Shown one piece after another: positions 63,582 to 64,000 of a stretch of 64,000 nt of DNA (positions are counted from its first letter, which is position 1; each line of letters begins with the position of its first letter). This DNA comes from a virus. A program made the translations under genes and the position numbers. The notes below the pieces were generated by a model, which was not told where the DNA came from, made no database searches, and was given only the letters and a program-made list of their open reading frames with translations. Location: the IMG/VR virus record IMGVR_UViG_3300043331_000441, positions 1-64,000 of that record; one strand, 5' to 3'.

Positions 63582-63709
63582 CGGCAGCATTGATCCAGAA
63601 GAAATTGTAGAGTTGATCGCCCGACAAATAGAACGAGCGAAAGGAGCAGCGATGCGTAGGACAATCTAGCCCTGCTGCGGATCAGCGGGGCGCCCCCAAG
63701 GAGGCGCTT

Positions 63710-63985
63710 ATGAAGCGCTGGCATGAGGAGCATGCGCTCATGTTCCGCCGTTGGAAGTTCGAGATGCGGCTGCATGGTTACGACTGGCGGAACCCTCCCG
63801 ATCCGAAGTGCGACCGCAAGGCGTGTCACTGCGCTGCCGGGATCGGTTCGATGCGGAAGAAGACACCGCTTGACTGTGGTCGCGCCCGCTGTGGTGTATG
63901 CCACGGCGATAAGTTCTATTCACCGAAGGCGCGCGCGAATAAGAAGCGCGCAGCGATCCAGTTTGAGCTGGACGCCATGGCATAA
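63710..63985 (+). CDS. Cys-rich basic protein
   Basis: AAGGAGG RBS; CHC...CGRARCGVCH. Confidence 0.7.
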   Translation: MKRWHEEHALMFRRWKFEMRLHGYDWRNPPDPKCDRKACHCAAGIGSMRKKTPLDCGRARCGVCHGDKFYSPKARANKKRAAIQFELDAMA

Positions 63986-64000
63986 CCCCCAAAAAGGGTT

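Larger units (their letters stand above)
321..63696. repeat. highly iterated palindrome GGG(G)CGCCC(C)
   Basis: About 55 GGGCGCCC cores and 22 full GGGGCGCCCC counted by eye. Confidence 0.9.

Overview
A 64-kb segment of a large high-GC dsDNA bacteriophage, with the host probably in the Actinomycetota (inferred from composition and gene families). About 150 short, tightly overlapping genes all lie on the + strand, and roughly 40 are preceded by a stereotyped GAAAGGAGAAC start motif. No capsid, tail, terminase or polymerase genes are in the window, so this is an accessory/early region. Families recognised from motifs (no HMM search was run): HD hydrolase, RHH and LexA-like regulators, a MoxR AAA+/vWA pair, three ParB-like proteins, an FtsH/Cdc48-type AAA ATPase, a DUF6745 module, a putative annealing recombinase, a cyclic-phosphate receiver domain, an RlmN-like radical SAM enzyme, a metallophosphoesterase, a SLOG protein, an N4C/N6A DNA methyltransferase, PspA/IM30, an LmbU-like protein, a cupin, and HNH and LAGLIDADG nucleases. 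Four non-routine signals stand out. (1) Two tRNA-Ile(GAU)-like genes each carry a structured insertion of shared architecture at the identical T-stem position. (2) Twin covarying pseudoknot elements directly flank tRNA-Asp, and other long-helix RNAs lie next to the remaining tRNAs, suggesting an undescribed tRNA-associated ncRNA system. (3) A highly iterated palindrome GGG(G)CGCCC(C) occurs about 55 times, in and between genes. (4) Mosaic coiled-coil genes are built from near-identical DNA modules with unique inserts. All counts were made by eye.
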